Positions 32,871 through 41,233 of a stretch of 64,000 nucleotides of DNA are shown here, one piece after another. The stretch spans positions 320,001 through 384,000 of the forward strand of contig CAWAGQ010000004.1 of the NCBI GenBank assembly GCA_963781585.1, written 5' to 3'. Position numbers and translations under genes: made by a program. The notes under the pieces were generated by a model. It was not told the origin of the DNA. It saw only the letters and a program-made list of their open reading frames with translations, and searched no databases. Source of the DNA: an uncultured Gemmatimonadaceae bacterium. Lineage in GTDB: Bacteria; Gemmatimonadota; Gemmatimonadetes; Gemmatimonadales; Gemmatimonadaceae. The number at the start of each line of letters is the position of its first letter. The stretch's first letter is position 1.

Positions 32871-33214
32871 GCGGACCCTTCGACGCCATGCTGTCCGAGC
32901 TCGCGCGAGTGCGAGGCGTGCGCGCAGCCCTGCTGGCCACCGAGAGCGACGGGCTCGCGGCGGCAGGGATTGCGGCAACAGGGGTGCCCGAAGACGCGCT
33001 GGCCGCGTTTGGCATGGCGCTCCTGCGGCGGGCGCGGTTGGCGAACGAAGCGGCGGGATATGGCGCAACGCTGTTCGTGGCGCTGGATGCCGAGCACGGG
33101 CGGCTGCTTGTCGCCGCCCGCGGCGACCTCGCGATCGTAGTTCTGGCGGAGCGCGACGCCGGCACCGGTCTGGTGCGCATCGCCATGCTGCGTGCGATGA
33201 GCGGACTCCCGTGA
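32867..33214 (+). CDS. Roadblock/LC7 protein (MglB/MglC-like)
   Basis: LARVRGVRAALLATESDGL...GTGLVRIAM, 115 aa. Confidence 0.78.
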   Translation: MSGPFDAMLSELARVRGVRAALLATESDGLAAAGIAATGVPEDALAAFGMALLRRARLANEAAGYGATLFVALDAEHGRLLVAARGDLAIVVLAERDAGTGLVRIAMLRAMSGLP

Positions 33215-33666
33215 GCACGACCATGACCACCTTCACGGAACCCCTCCACGCGTTCGCCCACGATGCGCGGGTGCGGCTGGCCCTGGTGCTCGAATCCAGT
33301 GGACAGGTGCTCGCGCAGCACGGTTTCACACGGTCACTCGACGTCATGACCGCCTGTTCGCTTGCCGCAGCCATCCATGCCTCGGCTGCCGAGCTTGGTC
33401 GCGAACTCGGTGGGACAGCGTTCGGCCCGCTGCATCACGCCGGCGACGCGCGTCAGCTCTTTCTGGCGCCGGTCCTGTGCGGCGGCCGGACAATCCTGCT
33501 GCTGGCCGTGTTCGACGGGGCGAGCTCCCTCGGCATGGTCCGGCTGTTCTGGGCAGAGTTCGCACACCGCGTGGGCGATGCCATGGCGCCCCGGGCACGC
33601 GTCCAGGCCACGGAATTCGAGCGCGACCTCGAACACAACCTCGACGCGCTGTTCGGCAGGGTTTGA
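33211..33666 (+). CDS. mglB: Roadblock protein, probable MglB (GAP partner of MglA)
   Basis: LALVLESSGQVLAQHG...SLAA...AVFDGASSLGMVRL; lies immediately upstream of mglA. Confidence 0.8.
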   Translation: MSTTMTTFTEPLHAFAHDARVRLALVLESSGQVLAQHGFTRSLDVMTACSLAAAIHASAAELGRELGGTAFGPLHHAGDARQLFLAPVLCGGRTILLLAVFDGASSLGMVRLFWAEFAHRVGDAMAPRARVQATEFERDLEHNLDALFGRV

Positions 33667-33668
33667 CG

Positions 33669-34274
33669 ATGCCGGTCGTCAACTATCCGTCGCGCGAAAT
33701 TACCTGCAAGATCGTCTACTACGGGCCGGGACGTTCGGGCAAGACCACCAACCTGCAGTACATCCACACGCGGGTTCCGGAGGACCGGCGCGGCAGGATG
33801 GTCTCGGTGGCCACGCAGGGCGATCGCACGCTGTTCTTCGATTTTCTTCCGCTCGATCTGGGGAGCATCTCGGGCTTCACGACGCGATTCCAGCTATACA
33901 CCGTTCCGGGCCAGGTGTATTACCGGTCCACCCGTCGCCTGGTGCTGCGTGGCGCGGACGGCGTGGTGTTCGTCGCCGATAGCCAGCGCCGCCAACTCGA
34001 GGAGAATGTCGAGAGCCTCCGCGACCTGCACGAGTTGCTGGCCGAGCAGGACGTGGACCCGCGGAGCCTGCCTCTGGTCCTCCAGTACAACAAACAGGAC
34101 TTGCCACGGGATCTCATCCTGAACGCCGGCGAACTGGACGAGGCGCTCAATTTCCGGAGCGCGCCGAGCTTTGCGGCCGACGCCCTCGGTGGTGCCGGCG
34201 TCTTCGAAACCCTTCGCCGCATGTCCGAGCTGGTGCTGCGACGCCTCAGCGCGCCTGCAGCAGCCGGGAGATAG
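33669..34274 (+). CDS. mglA: MglA small Ras-like GTPase
   Basis: KIVYYGPGRSGKTTNL, RTLFFDFLP, LYTVPGQVYY, DGVVFVADSQ and NKQD. Confidence 0.95.
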   Translation: MPVVNYPSREITCKIVYYGPGRSGKTTNLQYIHTRVPEDRRGRMVSVATQGDRTLFFDFLPLDLGSISGFTTRFQLYTVPGQVYYRSTRRLVLRGADGVVFVADSQRRQLEENVESLRDLHELLAEQDVDPRSLPLVLQYNKQDLPRDLILNAGELDEALNFRSAPSFAADALGGAGVFETLRRMSELVLRRLSAPAAAGR

Positions 34275-34277
34275 CAC

Positions 34278-36068
34278 GTGATCGACGGCCGCTTTCGCTT
34301 CGACAACTTCATCGTCGGCGCGTCCAATCGCCTGGCGGTGTCGGCGGCGCGCGCGGTGGCCGAAACGCCCGGCGTGGTCTACAACCCGCTGGTCATCTAC
34401 AGCGCGTCCGGCCTGGGAAAGACGCACCTGCTGGCCGCGCTTGGCTACGCCACGCGCGAACTGCACCCCGAGCGCGACGTGGAGTACCTGACGCTCGAAC
34501 GCTTCGTGGACGAACTGCATGCCGCGGTCGCCAGCGGACGCCCCGATGCCCAGTTGCGGCGCTACCAGCACGTCCAGACGCTGCTGCTGGACGACGTGCA
34601 GTTTCTCACCGGACGGGTCGAGACGCAGACGGAACTCCTCCGCATCTTCAACGCGGTTCAGGAGAATGGCGGACAGATCGTGATGACGAGCGATCGGCCG
34701 CCGGCGGAGATCGGCGACGTCGATGCGCGGCTCCTGAGCCGGATGTCGGGCGGCCTGATCGTCGACATCGGCGAACCGGAGTACGAGACCCGGGTCGCGA
34801 TTCTCCGTCACAAGTGCGCCGAGCGAGGGCTGACCTTTGTGCCCGGTGTACTCGAGCAGCTGGCGAGCGCGCCGGCCGGGAGCGTGCGCGAACTCCAGGG
34901 GGCCCTGAATCGGGTTGCGGCACAGCAGTCCATCAGCGACGCGCCGCTCGGGATTCAGGACGTGCGCGTTGCCCTGGCAGGACGGAGCGAAGAGGGACCG
35001 GACGATGAGTACCAGAGCTTCCTGAACGAGGTCGCGGCGACAGTATCGCTGACGGTCGATCCGTGGCGCATCCGGCTGGGAGAAATGGTGTCTCGCTGGA
35101 GCGGCGAAGGGTTTCAGACCACGATGCTGGAGCGTGCGATGGCGGCCAGCGAGGCCCCCGATATCGATGCGCTCGATGCCCGGTTCGCCGCGGCCGCTGC
35201 GCGACTACGGGCGCTCGAAGCCGAAGCGGCCCGTCTCGATCCGAAGCTCATCGAGCTGGCGGCCTTTCGCGATCCCGAACGGGTGGCCGACGCCGAGACG
35301 GTCGTGCTGCGCGCGCTGGCCGCCTACGATCCGCCCCCCGGCCCCGACCGGCGCTTCGGCATCGAACAGTTCGTCGTGGGGGAGCGCAATCGCCTCGCGC
35401 TGCGCGGCGCGGCGGAAGTGATCGCCGTGCCGGGGGCGCGGTACAATCCGCTCTACATCCACGGCGCCACGAGTTCCGGCAAGACACACCTCCTGCACGC
35501 CATCGGCAACGCGCTGGCGGCGCGCGACGGCGGCGGGTGGACGGTCGCCTGTGTCACGGCCCAGCAGTTCACCGATGGACTGATCGAAGCCATCCAGGAG
35601 GCCGAGCTCGAGCGCTGGCGCATGCGGTACCGGGCGGTCGACGCGCTGCTGATCGATGACGCCCAGGCGCTCAGCGGCAAGGAGCGGTCGCAGGACGAGC
35701 TCTTCCATCTCTTCAACGCCTTTCATGACAGCGGCAAGCAGATCGTGCTCGCCGCGGACGTGGCGCCGTCCCAGCTGGTGGAGCTTGCGGCCCGGCTGCG
35801 CTCCCGCTTCGAGGGGGGGCTGGTGGTCGAGCTGGGTCGCGTGTCGCGGGCCGAGCGGGTGGCGCGCTACACGCCCGTCCCTATCGGTGCGGAGGCGGCC
35901 GCCCCCACCATCGACGCCTGGTTCGAAGAGGCGGTCGAGTCACCGCCCGATGCACTGGCCAGCCAGCTCGAGTCGTTAGGCGGCGTCGACTTCTTCTTCC
36001 TCGATCCCGAGAAGTGCATCACCGAATGGCCGGGTGTGGACGGACGCATCATCGAGGAGCTTCGCTGA
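34278..36068 (+). CDS. Protein with two tandem DnaA-type AAA+ domains, lacking DnaA domains I and IV
   Basis: Domain 1: FDNFIVGASN..YNPL..SASGLGKT..LLLDDVQ..RLLSR..VRELQGAL. Domain 2: FVVGERN..YNPL..GATSSGKT..LLIDDAQ..RLRSRF. Confidence 0.88.
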   Translation: MIDGRFRFDNFIVGASNRLAVSAARAVAETPGVVYNPLVIYSASGLGKTHLLAALGYATRELHPERDVEYLTLERFVDELHAAVASGRPDAQLRRYQHVQTLLLDDVQFLTGRVETQTELLRIFNAVQENGGQIVMTSDRPPAEIGDVDARLLSRMSGGLIVDIGEPEYETRVAILRHKCAERGLTFVPGVLEQLASAPAGSVRELQGALNRVAAQQSISDAPLGIQDVRVALAGRSEEGPDDEYQSFLNEVAATVSLTVDPWRIRLGEMVSRWSGEGFQTTMLERAMAASEAPDIDALDARFAAAAARLRALEAEAARLDPKLIELAAFRDPERVADAETVVLRALAAYDPPPGPDRRFGIEQFVVGERNRLALRGAAEVIAVPGARYNPLYIHGATSSGKTHLLHAIGNALAARDGGGWTVACVTAQQFTDGLIEAIQEAELERWRMRYRAVDALLIDDAQALSGKERSQDELFHLFNAFHDSGKQIVLAADVAPSQLVELAARLRSRFEGGLVVELGRVSRAERVARYTPVPIGAEAAAPTIDAWFEEAVESPPDALASQLESLGGVDFFFLDPEKCITEWPGVDGRIIEELR

Positions 36069-37684
36069 TGGCCATCCGCGGCAGTCTCCGGGAAGCGAGC
36101 CTCCCCGATGTCCTCCAGCTGCTCGCCATGGGGAAGAAGACCGGCTGCCTCTCGGTCACCCACCGTCAGAGCTTCGGGACGATCTTCTTCGACAGTGGAC
36201 GCATCTGCTACGCCTCGATCGTCAACCGGCGTGACCGGCTCGGCGATCTGCTCCTGAAGCACGGCCTGATCACCCGTCCGCAGCTCGACGCCGCCGTCGC
36301 CGAACAAGTCGACCGACCCGACCGGCGTCTCGGTGAGATCCTCATCGCCGACGGCCTCCTGCAACCCGAGCAGTTGCGGGAGTACATCACCCATCAGATC
36401 CAGGAAGCAGTCTACTTCCTGTTCACCTGGACGCAGGGGACGTTCAGCTTCGAGCCCGATGTGCGCCCCGACACCCGGGACCTCCTGGTGTCGATCGGCC
36501 CCGAGTCCCTGCTGCTCGAGGGAGCGAGACGGGTGGACGAATGGAGTCTGATCGAAAAGAAGATTACCAGCTTCGATCTCATCTTCGCCCTCGATCGCGA
36601 GCACCTGACCGAAAGCCACGTCGACCTGACGCCCGAACAGGAGATTCTCGTTCCGCTCCTCGACGGACAGCGCGATGTCAGCGCGCTCACGGAAGAAACC
36701 GGGATGGACGACTTCGAGGTGGGCAAGGCGCTGTTCGGACTCCTCTCTGCCGGTTTCCTGCATCGCGCGGGACGCAGCACCGGCCCCGAGACCGTTGCCG
36801 GCGAGTCCCGCATCCTCGAGCACCGCAACCTCGGAGTCGCGTTCTACAGGACAGGCATGTACGACGAGGCGCTCCGCGAGTTCCGGCGGGTCGTCGAGCT
36901 GCAGCCGGGGGACCAGGTCGCAGAATTCCACATCGGTCTGGTGGCGCTGCGCCAGGACCGCCTGGATGACGCGATCCGCACATTTCGCGCGATTGGCGCT
37001 CGTGAGGCGGCACCGGCCTCGGTGTTCGTCAATCTCGCCCACGCCCTCGAGCGGTCGGGTCGATACGACGAGGCCCGCGCCGCGCTGGACGACGCGGAGC
37101 GGTTGCAGCCGCAGGAGCCGATGAGCGAGCTCGCACACGGCGTGCTGTCGTTGCGCCGGGGCGATGTGGAGGGCGCAGATCGACACCTGCAGTGTGCCGC
37201 CGAACGGTGGGGCGGGAAGGCGCGACCGGCAGCATGGTTTCACTACGCCGGTCTGGTGGCGGCGCTGCGCGGCGAGCTCGATCGAGCCACGGAGGTTCTG
37301 GAGCACGGGGTGGTGGCGTATCCACACGTCGCCGCACTGTACAACAACCTGTCCGTTGCCCTGGAGCGTCGCGGGCGCTACGCGGAAGCGTTGGCGGCGG
37401 CAGAGCGGGGGAGCGTGGAAGATCCGGCGCTGCCGCAGCTCCACAAGAACCTCGGCGATCTGCAGTACCGCGCCGGGCACTACGACGAGGCGCTCGACGC
37501 CTATCAGCGTGCGGTCCGGTACGACCCGGAGCTGGGCGGCGACGTCCATCTGAAGATGGGGAACGTGCGGTATCGACGCGGCGAGCGCGACGATGCGATG
37601 CGCTGCTGGGAGCGTTCGCTCTCGCTTGCGCCGGACAATCCCATGGCGAGGAACAACCTCGAGACCGCGCGACGGCTGACGTGA
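36068..37684 (+). CDS. DUF4388 plus MshEN-like motif plus TPR protein
   Basis: GSLREASLPDVLQLL..KKTG; tandem RLG..LL..GLI motifs; LLEGARRVDEW; multiple TPRs. Confidence 0.85.
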   Translation: MAIRGSLREASLPDVLQLLAMGKKTGCLSVTHRQSFGTIFFDSGRICYASIVNRRDRLGDLLLKHGLITRPQLDAAVAEQVDRPDRRLGEILIADGLLQPEQLREYITHQIQEAVYFLFTWTQGTFSFEPDVRPDTRDLLVSIGPESLLLEGARRVDEWSLIEKKITSFDLIFALDREHLTESHVDLTPEQEILVPLLDGQRDVSALTEETGMDDFEVGKALFGLLSAGFLHRAGRSTGPETVAGESRILEHRNLGVAFYRTGMYDEALREFRRVVELQPGDQVAEFHIGLVALRQDRLDDAIRTFRAIGAREAAPASVFVNLAHALERSGRYDEARAALDDAERLQPQEPMSELAHGVLSLRRGDVEGADRHLQCAAERWGGKARPAAWFHYAGLVAALRGELDRATEVLEHGVVAYPHVAALYNNLSVALERRGRYAEALAAAERGSVEDPALPQLHKNLGDLQYRAGHYDEALDAYQRAVRYDPELGGDVHLKMGNVRYRRGERDDAMRCWERSLSLAPDNPMARNNLETARRLT

Positions 37685-38196
37685 CGACCCGGACCGCCAC
37701 TCCTGCCGACGCCGCAGCGGGCGCCGAGATCGTGGTCAACGTCGCCGACTTCGGCGTGGCGCGCGAGCACGGCGTGCTCGCGACGTCAGGACTGGGATCG
37801 TGCGTGGCGATCATCATCTGCGATCGCATCGCACGGGTCGCGGCCATGGCGCACATTCTGCTTCCGGAACCGGACTTCCGTCGAGGGTCGCCCAATCCGG
37901 CAAAGTACCCGCAGACGGCCGTGCCGATGCTGCTCGACGAAATGCACCGGCTGGGCGCGATGGGGCCCTTCGAAGCGAAGCTGGCCGGAGGCGCAAGCAT
38001 GTTCGGCGCCCTGCTCGCAAGCGGCGTGAACATGGGTGAGCGCAACGTCGAGGCGTCGCGCCGGGCATTGGCGGATGCGCGCATCGCGCTGGTGGCCGAA
38101 GACGTGGGCGGAGGTCATGGACGGAGCGTGTTCGTGGACGTCGCGTCGGGGCGCGTGCGGGTGAGTTCTCTCCAGCGGGGCGACCGTGTCCTCTGA
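37681..38196 (+). CDS. cheD: CheD glutamine deamidase
   Basis: GLGSCVAI (catalytic Cys), AHILLP, AKLAGGASMF, GERN and DVGG.HGR. Confidence 0.92.
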   Translation: MTTRTATPADAAAGAEIVVNVADFGVAREHGVLATSGLGSCVAIIICDRIARVAAMAHILLPEPDFRRGSPNPAKYPQTAVPMLLDEMHRLGAMGPFEAKLAGGASMFGALLASGVNMGERNVEASRRALADARIALVAEDVGGGHGRSVFVDVASGRVRVSSLQRGDRVL

Positions 38197-39286
38197 ACGC
38201 CGCACGGTGCTGGTCGTCGACGACAGCGCGCTCGTCTGCCGCGTGGTCGCCGACCTGATCGAGGCCAGTGCCGACTTCCGCGTGGCCGGCATCGCCCGTG
38301 ACGGCTTGGACGCCATTCGCAAGCTGCACAGCCTCGAGCCCGACCTCGTCACGCTCGACGTGCAGATGCCGGATCTCGACGGCCTGCAGACACTCGGCTA
38401 CATCATGAGCGAGGCGCCGCGACCCGTGATCATGCTCAGCGCGCTGGATTCGCTGGGCGGTGCGGATCTGACCATCAGGGCGCTCGAGCTGGGTGCGGTG
38501 GATTTCGTGCGCAAGACCGGGCCTGACGACGCGCTCGATCCGAGAACGCTCCGCGATCGTCTGCTTCGGGCGCTCCGGGGGGCGCGAAACGTGAACCTCC
38601 GCGCCGCATCGGTGCTGGCCCGGCCGCTCGCCGCCCGCAAGTCCGCGCGCCCGGGTGAGAAGCCCGCCACTCATGTCGTGGCGATCGCCGCGTCCACCGG
38701 AGGGCCGCGGGCGCTCGCCGAAATACTGCCGGCGCTTCCCGGAGACCTCGGTGCGGCGGTTCTGGTGGTGCAGCACATGCCGGCCGGGTTCACTGAGAGC
38801 CTGGCGCGCCGCCTCGACCGTCTCGCATCACTTGCCGTGGGCGAGGCGGTAGACGGGGAGGTCCCGCTTGCCGGCCATGCCTACATCGCGCCGGGGGGCC
38901 GCCATCTGACGCTCAGTCGTGACGGTGGGGCCACGCGCCTGGCGGTCGGCGCCGGTGCCGCTGTTCGCGGAGCGCGACCGTCGGCCGACCTGCTGTTCGA
39001 CTCGGTCGCCGAACATCTCAGGGCGGCGGCGGTGGGTGTGGTACTCACCGGGATGGGGCACGACGGCGCCGCGGGCCTGAAGCGCATGCGTGGCGCGGGC
39101 GCCTACGCCCTCGTTCAGGATCGCGGGACCTCCACCGTATACGGCATGCCGATGACGGCGCTCGCACACGCCGGTGCAGATCGGGTGGTGCCGCTGTCGG
39201 AGATGGCGCCCGCGATCCTGGCCGCCCTGGAGGCGCGGGGAATGACGCGCCGCGATGTGACCACCGAAGATCCGATTCTGTCCTGA
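38186..39286 (+). CDS. cheB: CheB methylesterase with receiver domain
   Basis: Receiver (VVDDS, LDVQMP); catalytic ASTGGP, QHMP and GMGHDGA. Confidence 0.95.
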   Translation: MSSERRTVLVVDDSALVCRVVADLIEASADFRVAGIARDGLDAIRKLHSLEPDLVTLDVQMPDLDGLQTLGYIMSEAPRPVIMLSALDSLGGADLTIRALELGAVDFVRKTGPDDALDPRTLRDRLLRALRGARNVNLRAASVLARPLAARKSARPGEKPATHVVAIAASTGGPRALAEILPALPGDLGAAVLVVQHMPAGFTESLARRLDRLASLAVGEAVDGEVPLAGHAYIAPGGRHLTLSRDGGATRLAVGAGAAVRGARPSADLLFDSVAEHLRAAAVGVVLTGMGHDGAAGLKRMRGAGAYALVQDRGTSTVYGMPMTALAHAGADRVVPLSEMAPAILAALEARGMTRRDVTTEDPILS

Positions 39287-39355
39287 GTAGGGAGCGGGGG
39301 TGGGTCCGGATCTCCGGTTCACCACCCCGCGCCTTCGTATCCGATCCACCTGTCG

Positions 39356-39886
39356 ATGCCCGAATCCGACGTGCTCCAGAACGTTGCTCCGCCAGCCCCG
39401 CCGCATGACGCATCGCCGCTGCGTTTTCGCGAGCGCGTGCGGCAGCGCATCGGCACGGCCGACCTTCTGCTCTTCCGGGTGGGACGGGAGGGGTTCGGAA
39501 TCGAGATTCGCGCGGTGGACGAAGTAGTGGAGTCGCCGCGACTGCGGGTTCTTCCCGATGCCCCGGCGACGCTGCTCGGCGTATTCACGCTGCGCGAGCA
39601 GCTGCTCCCGCTGTACGCGGCATCGCTGGTGCTCGGTCAGGAAGCCGAGGCGCCGGACCTGGCACTCGTCATGCGCAGCGGATTGCGGCGGGTGGGGCTG
39701 GCGGTGGACGACGTGGAAGAAGTTGTGGCCGTTTCCATGACCGACCTGCGGGATCCGCCTCCGGGAATTGGCGACGACGATGTTGTGGCCGGACTGGTCT
39801 GGCGCGATGGCCGGATCATCACCGTGCTCGATGCCCGCGCCCTGGTTGCGGCATGCGCCTCGGTGGCGCATCCGGCGGTTCCATGA
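39356..39886 (+). CDS. cheW: CheW adaptor (2)
   Basis: LLFRVGREGFGI..VDEV...LPDAP..LLGVFTLR...GLAVDDV. Confidence 0.82.
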   Translation: MPESDVLQNVAPPAPPHDASPLRFRERVRQRIGTADLLLFRVGREGFGIEIRAVDEVVESPRLRVLPDAPATLLGVFTLREQLLPLYAASLVLGQEAEAPDLALVMRSGLRRVGLAVDDVEEVVAVSMTDLRDPPPGIGDDDVVAGLVWRDGRIITVLDARALVAACASVAHPAVP

Positions 39887-40359
39887 CCACCATGACCGGC
39901 AGCTCGCGCATCATCACGTTCCGTCTCGGCGACGATCTGTTCGCGGCCGACATCTTCGCCGTGGAGCGGGTGCTGCGATACGACGCGCCCCGGGCAATCC
40001 CGAACGTACCCGACTGGATCCGCGGCGTGATCGAGTACCAGGGGCGCGTCGTGCCGGTCGTGGACCTCCGGCGTCGCTTCGGCCTTCCCGAGGCCGACGT
40101 TGGTCCGCAGGCCCGGATGCTGGTCCTCTCGTCAGGCGGGGAGTGGGTGGCGGTCATCGTCGACCTGGTTCTCGACGTGCGGCCACTCGAGGAGGCGGCA
40201 CTGTCGCCGCCGCCCGCGCTGTTCCGCGGGCTGGCCGGCGAATACCTGCGGGGTCTGACGCGTCGGGGAGAGTCGCTGGTGGTTGTGCTGGACGTGGACC
40301 GCCTGCTCTCCAGTCAGGACCGGCTGGTGCTGGCGCCCGCCCGGGGGGCGGATGCCTGA
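39883..40359 (+). CDS. cheW: CheW adaptor (3)
   Basis: ITFRLG...IPNVPDWIRGVIEYQGRVVPVVDLRRRF. Confidence 0.9.
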   Translation: MTTMTGSSRIITFRLGDDLFAADIFAVERVLRYDAPRAIPNVPDWIRGVIEYQGRVVPVVDLRRRFGLPEADVGPQARMLVLSSGGEWVAVIVDLVLDVRPLEEAALSPPPALFRGLAGEYLRGLTRRGESLVVVLDVDRLLSSQDRLVLAPARGADA

Positions 40360-41233
40360 TCCGGCGCGAGCGTCCCTTCGTCTCCGGTTCGAGGGCATCG
40401 GGCAGGCCCTCGACGCACCCGGTGCATCCGGCCACAAGGCCGAGCTCAAGGCCGAGATCATCGCCCTCTTCAAGGCGGTGGATCGCGAGGTGGCCGACCT
40501 CGCGGTCCTGCGCGACGAAGTAAAGGGTCTGGTTACGCGGTGGAAGGCGCTGGACGGGGATGAGGCCGAAGCCAGTCGGGGCGCGGAACCCGCCCCGCCG
40601 CCGGCGGCGCCGACCGTGTCGGGACCCACCCGGGCCGATCACCTGAACGCGTCGAGCCACATCGAGAAGGGGTGGAGCCTCATTTCGCTGGGCGACTGCG
40701 CATCGGCCGAACAGGCGCTGCACAAGGCGCTGTCGCTGGTGCCTAACGACTTGCAGGCCGAGTCGTTGCTGGGATGGGCGCAGATGCTGCAGGGCAAGTA
40801 CGACGACGCGCTGCTCAACTTCCAGCAGGTCCTGTGTCAGGAGCCGGCCAATGCCCTGGCTCGAGTGAACGTGGGGTACATCTGCCTGAAGAAGGGCATC
40901 TTCGGCGAAGCAATCGAGCACCTGTCGCGCACCATCCGCCTCGACAACGATCGGAAAGCGACGCTCTACGCCCACTACTACCTGGGCCTGCTGTACCTGG
41001 AACGTGAGATGTTCGACGATGCCGAGAGCTTCCTGCGCAAGGCCATCTCGCTTGGACCCAACCTGGTGGAAGCGTACTACGAGCTCGGGCGCGTGCTCTG
41101 GTTCGCGGGCAGCGCCGAGGCCGCGTCGCAGGCGTGGCGCGACGGCGTGTCGGCGAACAAGTTCAGTCCATGGGGGAAGCGCTGCGCCGAGATGCTGCGG
41201 GAAGTCGAAGCCGGCGGCGTGCTCACGCGCTGA
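40352..41233 (+). CDS. TPR protein with N-terminal coiled coil
   Basis: About five TPR units (AESLLGWA, ARVNVGYI, AHYYLGLLY, AYYELGRV). Confidence 0.8.
   Translation: MPDPARASLRLRFEGIGQALDAPGASGHKAELKAEIIALFKAVDREVADLAVLRDEVKGLVTRWKALDGDEAEASRGAEPAPPPAAPTVSGPTRADHLNASSHIEKGWSLISLGDCASAEQALHKALSLVPNDLQAESLLGWAQMLQGKYDDALLNFQQVLCQEPANALARVNVGYICLKKGIFGEAIEHLSRTIRLDNDRKATLYAHYYLGLLYLEREMFDDAESFLRKAISLGPNLVEAYYELGRVLWFAGSAEAASQAWRDGVSANKFSPWGKRCAEMLREVEAGGVLTR

Noticed and set aside
34278..36068. True chromosomal dnaA or hda
   Set aside because: No domain IV, no domain I, no clamp-binding motif, and no dnaN/recF/gyrB context.
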